This document shows, piece after piece, positions 30,501-44,778 of a stretch of DNA of 64,000 nucleotides. Made by a program: the position numbers and the translations under genes. A model generated the notes under the pieces. The model saw only the letters and a program-made list of their open reading frames with translations. It was not told the DNA's origin and ran no database searches. The stretch lies in NCBI RefSeq assembly GCF_009914755.1, contig NC_060937.1; one strand, 5' to 3'. Origin of the DNA: the human T2T-CHM13v2.0 reference genome, Homo sapiens. Each line of letters begins with the position of its first letter. Positions within the stretch are counted from its first letter, which is position 1.

Positions 30501-33500
30501 GGTACTCATGTTGAATGTCCTTTAACTTAGGTTTCTGTCATTTTTACATTTATATTTCATATTCTATGTAAGGTTTTCTTGTGGGACTGTCATAAACCAC
30601 TAGTAGTGCTTATTTTTCACATGAGCTGTGATCAAAACATCAACATTTTGCCAGAGGCTTTTATTTCAGTTTGTTTTATACCCACCAACTTCTTCTTTGG
30701 AGTCATTAAAAAGCACTTATGGAACATTCTATAGATAGGTTATGCATGACATACTCACTGATGCTATAGTAAATTGCCACATATTTATCACTTTGTAACT
30801 GTTTTTTAAAGGTTACTGGCAAGGTCGTTAAAAGAAAACAAGATAGAATGAGAAAAATTGTATTATGTGGGTTTTGAGGTATATATATACATATATAATT
30901 GGCTAGATCCTTTTTCCTGACTTGTCATTTTCTTTTGAACCCGCAAATGTACTTGAGAAATTTATGATATGAAGCGAGAATCATGAGATACTTAGTGACT
31001 ACAGATAAATATATCAAGGCTGAATATCTAAAAGTAAATTACAAAGGGTGAGAAGCCAAGCACAGCACAGTAAACATAAGAGTTTGATTTGAAAATGCTG
31101 TAACTATTATATCTTACAGTGGGAAATAGCTTGCAGCTAATGCTAAGCTTCTGCTATGGTTGCCATTCTTTTAATTTATATTTTGTTTATTATTTCTTCA
31201 ATTTACACAAAAAAGCATTTTCTATATATGTAATAATCATAAAAACATATAGCAAAATATTGTCAGAAATAATTTAACTCTTCAAAGAAAAATAATTTAT
31301 TTTTAGTGAACACAACTTGTTTTCAATTCAGTCTTACTAGTTAAAAAAGATTTCTCTTCGTCTCTTACAATATAAAGTTTCCACTTAATTAATATCTTAC
31401 TAGAAAACAGGAGTATTCTAGGTGAATCACTTTTTCACTGGAGTTCAAGCATTTCTGAAAAAGCTAAAGGAGAATGTACCACAGAGAGCAGGTTCTTCAT
31501 GCACTTTTATGAAATCACCACAATGGCAGAAAATAATATTTATCTCAGCATCATAGCTCAGTGGTATTTATTAGCCACCTAAAATCATAAAAATATTTCC
31601 AACATAAGAAGCATATCATGCAGACCCGACTTTTTTTATCTGTACATGCTAAATATCTTATATCTCATAATTCTCATGGCAGGGTAATCATGCAGTGACT
31701 GTCAAAGGATGAGCTGAATAATACGGTTGAAAGAGTCCTGCTGTTATTTTTTAATCTTAAGTAAGTCACTTAATCATGTATATGTCCCAATGGCTTGTTA
31801 TTTAAAATACAAGATTTAGACTAAATCAGTACTTTTCAATCTGCTTCTAGAAGCTTCTGTTGTTATTCACAAAACATTTGGCTCTAATTACCATAAAAAC
31901 TTAGTATTTGGAGATGGCTGATGATCATTTGAATTCTGCTCAGCTGTGGAACAGGAAAGAGTGCCTAAGACAGCTACCAATAGAGACTGCATTGTCTGCT
32001 GGAGGTCCAAATTACTCAACTTCCATGGTCACTTGAGATGTCCCAGTCCCCCACAGCCTAGTTTCTCAAAATATTTTGCTTAAAAAATAAAAATTATTTT
32101 ACTGAAATAAAAATCAAATAGTCTTTATTCCAATAATTTTAAGTAATCATTAACATTCTCTAATTCCAGAAATCAATTTACTGATAAATTTATCTCTTTT
32201 GACTATGAGAGAACTAGGTTATCCCTGAAACTTTGAAACTAGTCATTAAATATATTCCCAAACAATTAATTTAGACTGTGTATTCTGTATCTGTCTACCT
32301 AAAGAGGATCTGAAGTTTGCAACAATATTTGTAATAATAGATACATTTTGGGTCCTAGTGGGAAAGACATGCTTGGGAATAACCATTTCTCAGCCACAAA
32401 ATACTGGGAGAGGCTCAAGCAATAGATAGTAAATATTGTCCAAAGAGATAGTCTGTAAGATACATAGCAATACCCTAATACCTGGAATAAGACCCATGTT
32501 TATGACAGAGACTCTTTGGGGAAACGTGTATCTCCTTTGAAGAAGAGTAGCTCCAGAGTGTTTTCTTGTGATGAAACTAAGGAGAGTATCAACACTCACA
32601 TTTTAGTTTTATTATCCATGTATATTTAAGACATTATCAGGCTCAAGTTTGTTAATAATTCAGGTTTTGAAGCCCACTGCCTGCCTTATAATTATTCTTC
32701 TTTGGAACCTGGATGAGATAAGATAATGACTGGAATAGGATAACAAAGAAGGAAGCCTCTGTTACAGCATTAAGACATTTGTATTTTATCAGAATTTGTT
32801 AATAAAGAGAAACTCTAGAGAGGAAATAGCAGAACAAAATCCACATGGCAGGATAGCAAATTTGATGTATAATAAAAGAAGAGAAATAGAGATAATGTAA
32901 GACAAACAGATTATGTCATCCTATAAATAAAGAACAAAATCAGATAACCTATTAAAATCTGATAGTTTCTCCTCTGTCTGGCGAGGGGTCCAACTGAAAA
33001 TGCTTGTTAACATTAAAACTTTCTAGGCTCTTAAATTATAACTGTGAGAAGTAAAATCATTTGAGGGAGAACCAGGAGAGAGAATAAAGGGGAAGACATA
33101 AGAAACAAGAGTGAAAGAATGAGAAAGAGAGAGAGGAAGAAGGAGAGACAGAGAGAAAAAAGAAAAGAGAGAGTGTGATGAAATGAGTGAGACAAAGATA
33201 TACTATTAAACAGAGCTAAAATTTATACTTGGACCATGATTTGTGTCCTAATTACTGTGAGTCAAACTTGTAAGCATTTTACATGCAATTAATGACTTAC
33301 TGCATATAATCATTTCTTATTAGAGAGATTAGTCTGTTTACATTCAATGTTATCATTGATAACTAAGGACTTACTCCTGCCATTTATTATTGGTTTTCTG
33401 GTTGTTTTGCGATCTTCTCTTTCTTCTTTCCATCCTTCTTCTCTTCCTTTTAGTAAAGGTGATTATCTCTGGTGGTATAATTTAATTTCTTGCTTGTATT

Positions 33501-34653
33501 TTTTGTGTAGTCATTGTATTTTTTTGGATTTGAGGTTACCATAAGGTTTGCAAATACAATCTTATAATCAATTCATTTAAGCTGATAACAACTTAACACT
33601 GTTTGCATAAACAAACAAACAAGCAAAAAAAAAAAAAACTAATAAAAAAAGAAACACTACCCCTTAACTTCATCCTCCTGATTTTTAACGTTTTGCTGTT
33701 TCATTTATACCTTATTGTACTGCCTCTGAAAAGTTGTTGTAGTTATTTTTTTTTATTGGTTCATCTTTTAGCCTTTCTAGTTAAGATAAGAGTAGTTTAC
33801 ACACCACAATTACAATCTTACAATATTCAGTTTTTCTGTGTACTTCCTATTACCAGTGAGCTTTGTACCTTCAGATGACTTCTTACTACTCACTAACGTC
33901 TTTTTTCTTTCAGATTAAAGAACTCCCATTAGCATTTTTTGTAGGCCATAGCTGGTGTTGATGAAATTTGTCAGTTTTTGTTTGTCTGTGGAAGTCTTTA
34001 TTTCTCTTTCATGTTTGAAGGGTATTTTCACTGGATATACTATTCTAGGATAAAAGGGTTTTGTTTTGCTTTTTTTCCTTTAGCACTTTAAATATGTCAT
34101 ACCACTCTCTCCTGGCCTGTAACGTTTCCACTGAGAAGTCTGCTGCCAGAAGAATTGGAGCTCCTTTGTATATTATTTGTTTCTTTACTCTTGCTGCTTT
34201 TAGGACCCTTTATTTATGCTTGACCTTTCAGAGTTTGATTATTAACTGTCTTAAGGTGGTCTTCTTTGGGTTCACTCTACTTGGTGATCTATCAGCTTCT
34301 TGTATCTGGATATTGATTAATTTTTTTCCAAATTTGGGAAATTCTGTTCACATCCCTCTGAATAAACTTTCTGAAGACAGCAAAGATCACCTGGTGACCA
34401 TCAAGCAGGCCCCAGAAACAAAAAAACTCCTTATCTGAGAAACTCAGAAGTATAATGAAGAGAGCAAAGACCACCTGGGGACCATCAAGCAGGCCGTCTG
34501 GAGACAAAAAATTCTTTATTTGAGGAATTGAGTAGAAATTAGATTTTCTATTATCTAAAGTTGTCACCTGGTTCCAGGCCTCTTTTCAACTTAAAATTTT
34601 TAAGTAACTAGAATTTCTATATATCTCCGGAATGCATGCATGCTGAAAATCAT

Positions 34654-35102
34654 TGTGATGGTTAATACTGAGTGTCAACTCAATTCAATTGAAGGAAGCA
34701 AATTATTGATCCTGGGTGTGTCTGTGAGGGTGTTGCTGAAGAAGATTAACATTTGAGTCAGTGGACTGGGAAAGGCAGACCCACCCTTAATCTGGATGGG
34801 CACCATATAATCACCTGCCAACACAGCCAGGACATAAAGTAGGCAGAAAAACATGAAAGGGCTAGACTTGCCTAACCTCCCAGCCTACATCTGTCTCATG
34901 TGCTGGATGCTTCCTGCCTTTGAACATCAGACTCCAGGTTCTTCAGCCCTGGCACTTGGACTGACTTCCTTGCTCCTCAGCTTGCAGACAGCCTACTGTG
35001 GACCTTGTGATCACGTGATCATGTGAGTTAATACTACTTAATAAAATCACCTTTTTATATATCCTGTTAGTTCTTTCTCTCTAGAGAACCCTGACTAATA
35101 CA
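34654..35102 (+). mobile_element. 5' LTR (MLT2A1-like)
   Basis: TGTGATGGTTAATACTGAGTGTCAAC ... AGAGAACCCTGACTAATACA, 449 bp; AATAAA near 35040. Confidence 0.92.
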
Positions 35103-35107
35103 GATTT

Positions 35108-35122
35108 TGGTATCAGGAGTGG
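35108..35122 (+). promoter_or_regulatory. primer-binding site (tRNA-Leu type)
   Basis: TGGTATCAGGAGTGG just downstream of the 5' LTR, one mismatch from the recalled HERV-L PBS TGGTACCAGGAGTGG. Confidence 0.8.
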
Positions 35123-35237
35123 TTCAAGAGGAACAGAATATTAAGGATGGAGTTCTTTCATTGCTTTCGGGGTTTCTGGAGTTGGCTGCTTAATATGATT
35201 AGACCCCCAAAATGCTAAGGAATCTATTTCTAATAGT

Positions 35238-36916
35238 ATGGAGAGCACTGATAGTCCTTGGCATGAACTGTTTAGAGAGTTAGGCAAAATAAATGCATTT
35301 GACACTGCTGATTCACCACTCATGAGGGGCAAGGAGTTTAGTGACTCTATACATAATACCTTTGACCATATGTGGAGAACCAAGGAACATAATGAAGCTG
35401 GTTGGTTGCTACTAAGTTCACTGGACAAAGTGATGAAAGTAAATGATGAACTCAGGGATTCTAACTCCCAGCTTCAGGAGCAGATACTGGTCCTCAAATC
35501 TGCTAAGATTGCCCTGAGTGAGAGTCTTATCTCCTTTAGAGAAATAGCTGAAACTGTGGAAATTCACACACAAGCTCTTTTCATGAAAGTGGCTGACCTG
35601 CAATGAAAGGTGCATGCACACCCTCGCCAGGTGTCTGCTGTTAAAGTGAGGTCATTTACTGGAAAAGAATGGGATCCTGCAACTAAGAATGGAGATGTAT
35701 GGGAGGACCCTGATGAAGCTGGGGACACTGAGCTTGTGAACTCTGATGAACTTTTCTTGCCAGAAAAAAACAGCTTCCCCATTCCCAGCAAGGGCAACAT
35801 CCCTTCCCCAATCCACTCTGCCATCAGCCTTTCCACCTTTGTCTGAGGAGATAAACTCTGTGAGGCCTGAGGTAACAGTGATGGCCTGTTGATTCCCTGA
35901 GGCACTTGCCAGGAAAGACAGTGTCGATTCTCCTCAGGAGCCACCCCCAACGTCCCTGTCTGCTTCTAGACCTACAACCAAAGTCCCAGTGGGCCCCTAG
36001 AGGTTAGGTTCAGAGTGCGACCCATGAGGAGGTCCACTATACTTGCAAAGAACTGCTTGAGTTTTCTAATTTATTTAAGCAGAAATTTGGAGAACAGACA
36101 TGGGAATAGATATTACGGGTGTGGGATAATGGTGGAAGGAACATAGAGTTGGATCAGGTTGAATTTATTGATTTGGGCCCACTAAGTAGGGACTCTGTAT
36201 TTAATGTTGCAGCTTGGGTAGTTATAGAACATTCTAATAGTTTATTTGCTTGCTTAGCTGAAATATAGATTAAAAGGTGGCCCACTGTGAGTGAGCTGGA
36301 AATGCCTGATCTCTCTTGGTTTAACGTAGGGGAAGGGATCCAAAGGCTTAGGGAGATTGGGATGGTGGAGTGGGTTAGTCACTTTAGACCTACTCATCCC
36401 AGCTGGGAGGGTGCAGAAGATATACTCTTGACCAATGCCTTGCAAAATAGATTTGTGAGGGCAGAACCTGAATTTTTGAAGAGCCCTGTAATTTATCTTC
36501 TCTGTATGTCAGATCTAACAGTGAGAACTGGAGTCACTCAACTACAAAATTTAAATACAATGGGAATAATTGGATCTCGAGGTGGCAGAGGACAAGTGGC
36601 AGCACTCAACCATCAAAGGCAAGGTGGGCATAGCTACCATAATGGACAGCAGAGGAAAAGCAGCAATCAGAATAGTCTGACTCATGTAGAGATCTGGCAC
36701 TGGATAACTAATCACGGTGTTCCTAGCAGTGAAATTGATAGGAAGCCCACTGCATTTCTACTTAATTTATATAAGCAGAAAACTGGCAGGTCAGATGGAC
36801 AAAAGACTAATCTGAATTATAAAAACAAAGAATCACAGCCCCTCATTCAATTTCCAGACTTGAGCCAGTTTACAGACCCAGAACCCTTGAATGAAGGGAA
36901 GCCTGGGTCCCCTTGA
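35238..36916 (+). pseudogene. HERV-L gag remnant
   Basis: ORFs 35238-35606 and 35610-35846 share a frame split by one TGA (GKEWDPATKNGDVWEDPDE). ORF 36287-36916 (EGIQRLREIGMVEW) is ERV-L Gag. Further stops and frameshifts lie between. Confidence 0.9.
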
Positions 36917-36946
36917 GGAAGGACCCCACTACGCTACTGACAATTT

Positions 36947-37299
36947 ATGCTGTTAATCTTTCTCCCATATTTCCCTGAAGGAGACCTCTGGCCTTTTACC
37001 AGGACAACTGTGCATTGCAGAAAGGAAAATTATTGGACATTTTGTAGACTAGTGGACACTTGCTCTGAGCTGACATTGATTCCAGGGGGCCCACAACATC
37101 ATTGTGGTTCTCCAGTTAAAGTAGGGGCTTATGGAGGTCAGGTAATTAATGGAGTTTTAGCTCAGGTCTGACTTAGAGTAGGTTCAGTGTGTCCCCGGAC
37201 TCATTCTGTTGTCATTTTCCCATTGTCAGAATGCATAATTGGCATAGACATACTTAACAGCTAGCAGAACCCTCACATTGGCTCCCTGACTAGTAAGAT

Positions 37300-37300
<1 letters not shown>
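36947..37300 (+). pseudogene. HERV-L protease remnant
   Basis: LVDTCSELTLIPG is a degenerate aspartic-protease DTG motif; VKVGAYGGQVINGVL flap region; in-frame stop at 37169-37171. Confidence 0.85.
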
Positions 37301-40199
<2,899 letters not shown>

Positions 40200-40200
<1 letters not shown>

Positions 40201-40544
40201 TGGAAGTGGAAGTGGCACCACTCACCATCACCCCTAGTGATCCACTAGCAAAATTTTTGCTTCCTGTTCCCATGTCATTATGCTTTGCTGGCCTAGAAGT
40301 CTTCATTCCAGAAGGAGGAATGCTGCCACCAAGAGACACAACAAAGATTCCATTAAACTGGAAGTTGAGAATGCCACCTGGACACTTTGGGATCCTCCTA
40401 CACTTCAGTCAACAGGCTAAGAATGGAGTTACGGTGTTGGCTGGGGTGATTGACTCAGACTATCCAGATGAAATCAAGCTACTACTCTACAATGGAGATA
40501 AGGAACAGTACGAGAGTATGCATGGAATACAGGAGATCCATTAG
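40200..40544 (+). pseudogene. HERV-L dUTPase-like region
   Basis: 114-codon frame with IPLNWKLRMPPGHFG and GVTVLAGVIDSDY (dUTPase motif 3), downstream of integrase as expected for ERV-L. Confidence 0.88.
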
Positions 40545-40661
40545 GGCACCTCTTAGTGTTACCATGTCCTGTGCTTAGAGTCAATGGAAAATTACAACAG
40601 CCCAATCCAGGCAGGAATACAAATGGCCCTTCAGGAATGAAGGTTTGAGTCACTCCACCAG

Positions 40662-40696
<35 letters not shown>
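40662..40696 (+). repeat. A35 homopolymer inside HERV-L internal region
   Basis: Direct count of 35 consecutive A. Confidence 0.95.
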
Positions 40697-40697
<1 letters not shown>

Positions 40698-41121
40698 ATA
40701 AATTGACATGCTGAGGTGCTTGCTGAAGACAAAGGGAATACAGAATGGGTAGTAGAAGAAGGTAGTAATCAATACCAGCTACAACCACACAACCAGTTGC
40801 AGAAACAAGGACTGTAACTGACATGAGAATCTTCTTTTGTGAAAAACATACTGTGTATGCATACACTTGTACTAAAAAAAATCTTCATTTTATGTCCTTT
40901 TTCCTTTATCATATGACATAAGATTTGTTGACTTCATATCAGCATTTTAGTATTGTTAACCTTATGTAATAGCATTTGGGTTGGAGATTGGTGTGTTTCT
41001 GGTTGTATGAAGGATAGTTACATTATGTTAGGAATAATTATGATTTTATTATTGTCTTTATCTGAAGTTTATGTACAATCTTAGGAAATACGTATGTGTT
41101 CCAGTTGACAAGGAGTAAACT

Positions 41122-41566
41122 TGTGATGCTTAATACTGAGTGTCAAATTGATTGGATTGAAGGATGCAAAGTATTGATCCTGGGTGTGTCTGTGAGGGTG
41201 TTGCCAAAGGAGATTAACATTTGAATCGGTGGGCTGGGAAAGGCAAACCCACCCTTAATCTGAGTGGGCACCATATAAATAGCTGTCAGTGCAGTCAGGA
41301 TATAAAGCAGGCAGAAAAACGTGAAAAGGCTAGACTGGCTTAGCCTCCTAGCCTATATCTTTCTCCCATGCTGAATGCTTCCTGCCCTTGAACATCAAAC
41401 TCCAAGGTTTTCAGCCTTTGTCTCAGACTGGCTTCCTTGCTCCTCAGCTAGCAGACAGCCTATTGTGGGACCTTGTGATTGCGTGAGTTAATATTACTTA
41501 ATAAACTCCCGTGTGTGTGTGTGTATCCTATTAGCTCTGTCTTTCTAGAGAACCTTGACTAATACA
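41122..41566 (+). mobile_element. 3' LTR (MLT2A1-like)
   Basis: TGTGATGCTTAATACTGAGTGTCAA ... AGAGAACCTTGACTAATACA, 445 bp, preceded by a PPT-like GACAAGGAGTAAACT. Confidence 0.92.
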
Positions 41567-42617
41567 CTCATTGCGCAACCCTTGCCTACATTAAGGCAAC
41601 AAAATGTCTAGAAATGTCATCATTTATCATACAAACTACACTTGAGCTCCTGCTTTAAGGTCCATAAATGCTCCTAAGGAAAAGCCACCATGGTTCACTC
41701 AGTCTTCTCTTGCTGAGACACCCCGCTGCGCTCTTTTGCAATGTTCTTTCTTTCTAATAAAAAACATTCTTTTTGGAGACCTATAGTGTCATTGGTCAAT
41801 TCTTCTTACTGACCTGCAAGTTGAGCACTTTGCAATGACTTCACCCAGCAGTTTCTACAGACAGCTCTCTCTCTCTACCTCCACCCTAAGGTCAATAACT
41901 CTTAGACTTGTTCTTTTGAAGCCATTTTCTAAATGTGCTTTATTCTTTTTTGTTCTGTTTTCTCCTTTCTCCTGACTGTATTTCCAAGTAGCCCGTCTTC
42001 AAGCTAACTAATTATTTCTTCTGTTGATCATTTCTGCTATTAGGACTATGATGCATTCTTCAGTATGTCAATTGCATTTCTCAGCTTCAGAATTTTTGCC
42101 TGGATCTTTTTAATAATTTCAGTGCTTTGTTAAATTTGTCATACAGCATTCTGAATTCCTTCTTTGTGTTGTCTTGCATTTCTTTCAGTTTCCTCAAGAT
42201 CGCTATTTTGAATTCTCTATCTAAACGGTCACATATGTCTTTTTCTCTAAGATTGGTCTCTGGTGCCGTATTTAGTTCCTTTGGTGAGATCATGTTTTCA
42301 TGGATAGTCTTGATGTTTTTGGATGTTTGTCAGTGACTGGCCATTGAAGAGTTAAGTATTTGTTTTAGTTTTTGTGGTCTGGGCTTATTTGTACTTGTCC
42401 GTCTTGGGAAGACTTTCCAGGTATTCAAAAGGACTTGGATGTTGTGATCTAATCTGTGTCTGCATTAGGGGGCACCCTAAGCCCAGAGTAACACTGTGGT
42501 TCTTGCAGACTCATAGAGGTACCACCTTGGTGGTATTGACTAAGATCAAGAAGAATTATCTGAATTACTAGGCCAGAGACTTTTCTTCTCTTCCCTTACT
42601 TTTTGTCAAACAATCAG

Positions 42618-42643
42618 TCTCTCTCTCTCTCTCTCTCTCTCTC
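42618..42643. repeat. (TC)n microsatellite
   Basis: About 13 TC units inside the L1 5' region. Confidence 0.9.
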
Positions 42644-44778
42644 AGTTGCTGGAGCTGGGGTTGGGGAACACAAACACCTCTTTGACCACCACTACTGAGA
42701 CTGCTTGTGTCACACCTGAAGCCAGCACAGCACTGGGTCTCAAACAAGGCCTGCTGTAACTACTATCTGGCTACCTCCTATGTTTGCTCCAGGCACTAGG
42801 GCTCTAAAATCAGCAAGTGGCAAAGCCAGACAGGCTGGTGTCCTTCCCTTCAGAGTGATGAGTTCTCCCAGGTCCTGGGCAGATCCAGAAATACTGTCTG
42901 GGAGCCAGAGACTGAAGTCAGAAACCTTAGAAATCTTAGAACCTGTTGTTCTATTGCACTGTGGTTGCACAGGCACTCAAACCATGAGACAGAGTAGTTC
43001 CTACTCTTCCCCCGCTTTCCAAAGGCAGAGGAGCCTCACTTTGTGGCCATAACTACCACAGGTCCATAGGGAGTACTGTGGGGCTGCCGTCAAAGTTCCC
43101 TTAAGGCCCCAGGTCTCTTTAGTAAGCTTGTGGTGAATACTGCTAGGTCTGGGACTCACTATTCTGGGTAATGGGCTCCCCTGTGACCCAGAATTGGTCC
43201 AGAAATTCCATTCAGGAGTCAAGGCCTAGTATAAGGGACTCTAAGATCCCTCTTGGTGCTCCAGCCCCCCTGTGGCCTAAATAGTACCTAAGCTGCCAGC
43301 CAAAGACCTCTTTACTTTTCCCTCTACTTTTCTCAAGCAAAAAGACTCTCTCACCATAGCCACCACAGCTGGGAATGTGCTGAATCTCACCTGAAACCAG
43401 TGAGTCTCACAAAAGCATATGGTGTACTATCTGGGTATCACTGCTGGTTATTCAGAGCTCAAAGGCATATTAGTCAGCAGGTGATGGGTTCTGCCAGGAC
43501 TGAATTCTTCCTTTCAAGACAGCAAATTCCCTTATGACTCATAGTGTGTCTAAAACTGTCATTCAGGAGGTAGAACCTGGAATGGCAGCCTCATGACTGA
43601 CCAGTACCCTATCCTACAGTGGCTGAGCTGGTATTCAAGATGCAAGACAAAGTGCTCTTTCCTCTTCCCACTCCCCTCATGAAAGGGAGGGGTCTCTGGG
43701 AGCTGGGAGCTGTGCTGCCTGGGGTTGGAGAAGTGGTGGCACAAGCACTTCCTTAGCCACCCTAACTGAAGTCTCAGTAGGTTGTGTGCCCCCCAAATCC
43801 CTTGGATCTTAGCCCAGCTCAGCACTCAGACTTTCCTAGGAGTTGCAGTTTTTGTGGATTAGACTGCCTTTCAAGTTTATTCAAGCCCCAGAACCTTTAG
43901 TCCACGGTGACGAGGCTTGCCAAAACTCAAGTTCCAACCACATGGATGGGTGATTCTCCTCTGGATAGAGCTGGTCTAAATGCTCTTTCTGTGGTCAGGC
44001 ATCAGCAGAGTTCAGTCTGGTTTTGTTTTCTGCTGTGACAGGGAAGCACTGAGTTCAGTGCAAAGTCTCCAAAGTCTCACAATTGCTCCAGTCTCACTTC
44101 CCAAGAAAACAGATTCTCTCTTTGCACCATTCGGAGAATGACAGGAGATGAGGGAGATGTGTTGTTGGGAATTCAAGATGATCTTTTCTACCCTTTTCTA
44201 TGTCTCTTTCAGTGATATGAAGTTAATATCGGGTACTGTGATTACTCACCTGATTTTTGGTTCTTATGAAGGCGCTTTTTCATGTAGATGGTTGTTGAAT
44301 TTAGTGGTCCTGTAGGGGGTGTAGGGGGGTAAAATAGATGGAAACTTTTGTCTGCCCATCTTGCTCCAGCCCTGTCTCCTAATCCCCCATTTCCTAAATG
44401 AAATTTCAATCTTTATTTTGTAAATAAGGAAAACTGAAGATAAACATTTTGCTTTAGGTCACATGGCTGCTTAATGCAAATCTGTGATTTGTGCCTAGGC
44501 AGTCTGTATTCCCTTAGCTACTCATACTACTTCAGAGATAACACATTGTGATACAAAAGAAAAGAAAAGTGGAGGAAACGTGAAAGAGAAGAATGACTGA
44601 GAAGAGAGATGGATGAGTGAGAAGAATAATATCAGGGAAAGATGAGAAGAAATTTGAGGAGAATATGGGTGAGTTATATTGGGAGAAGTATATAAGGTAA
44701 GAGAAAAGAATAAAATTCTGGCCTTGAGAGAGAAGAAATAAGGAAGAGAGTAGAATAAAAGAAGAATGAGAAGCAGAG

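Noticed and set aside
34380-34530. ~85-bp direct repeat as an independent structure
   Set aside because: Lies inside the ERV1-class LTR U3 region, where such repeats are common; probably part of the family consensus.
44555-44778. Purine-rich tract (similar one at 33060-33200) flanking the L1/ERV cluster
   Set aside because: Low-complexity GA-rich sequence with no specific similarity between the two tracts beyond composition.
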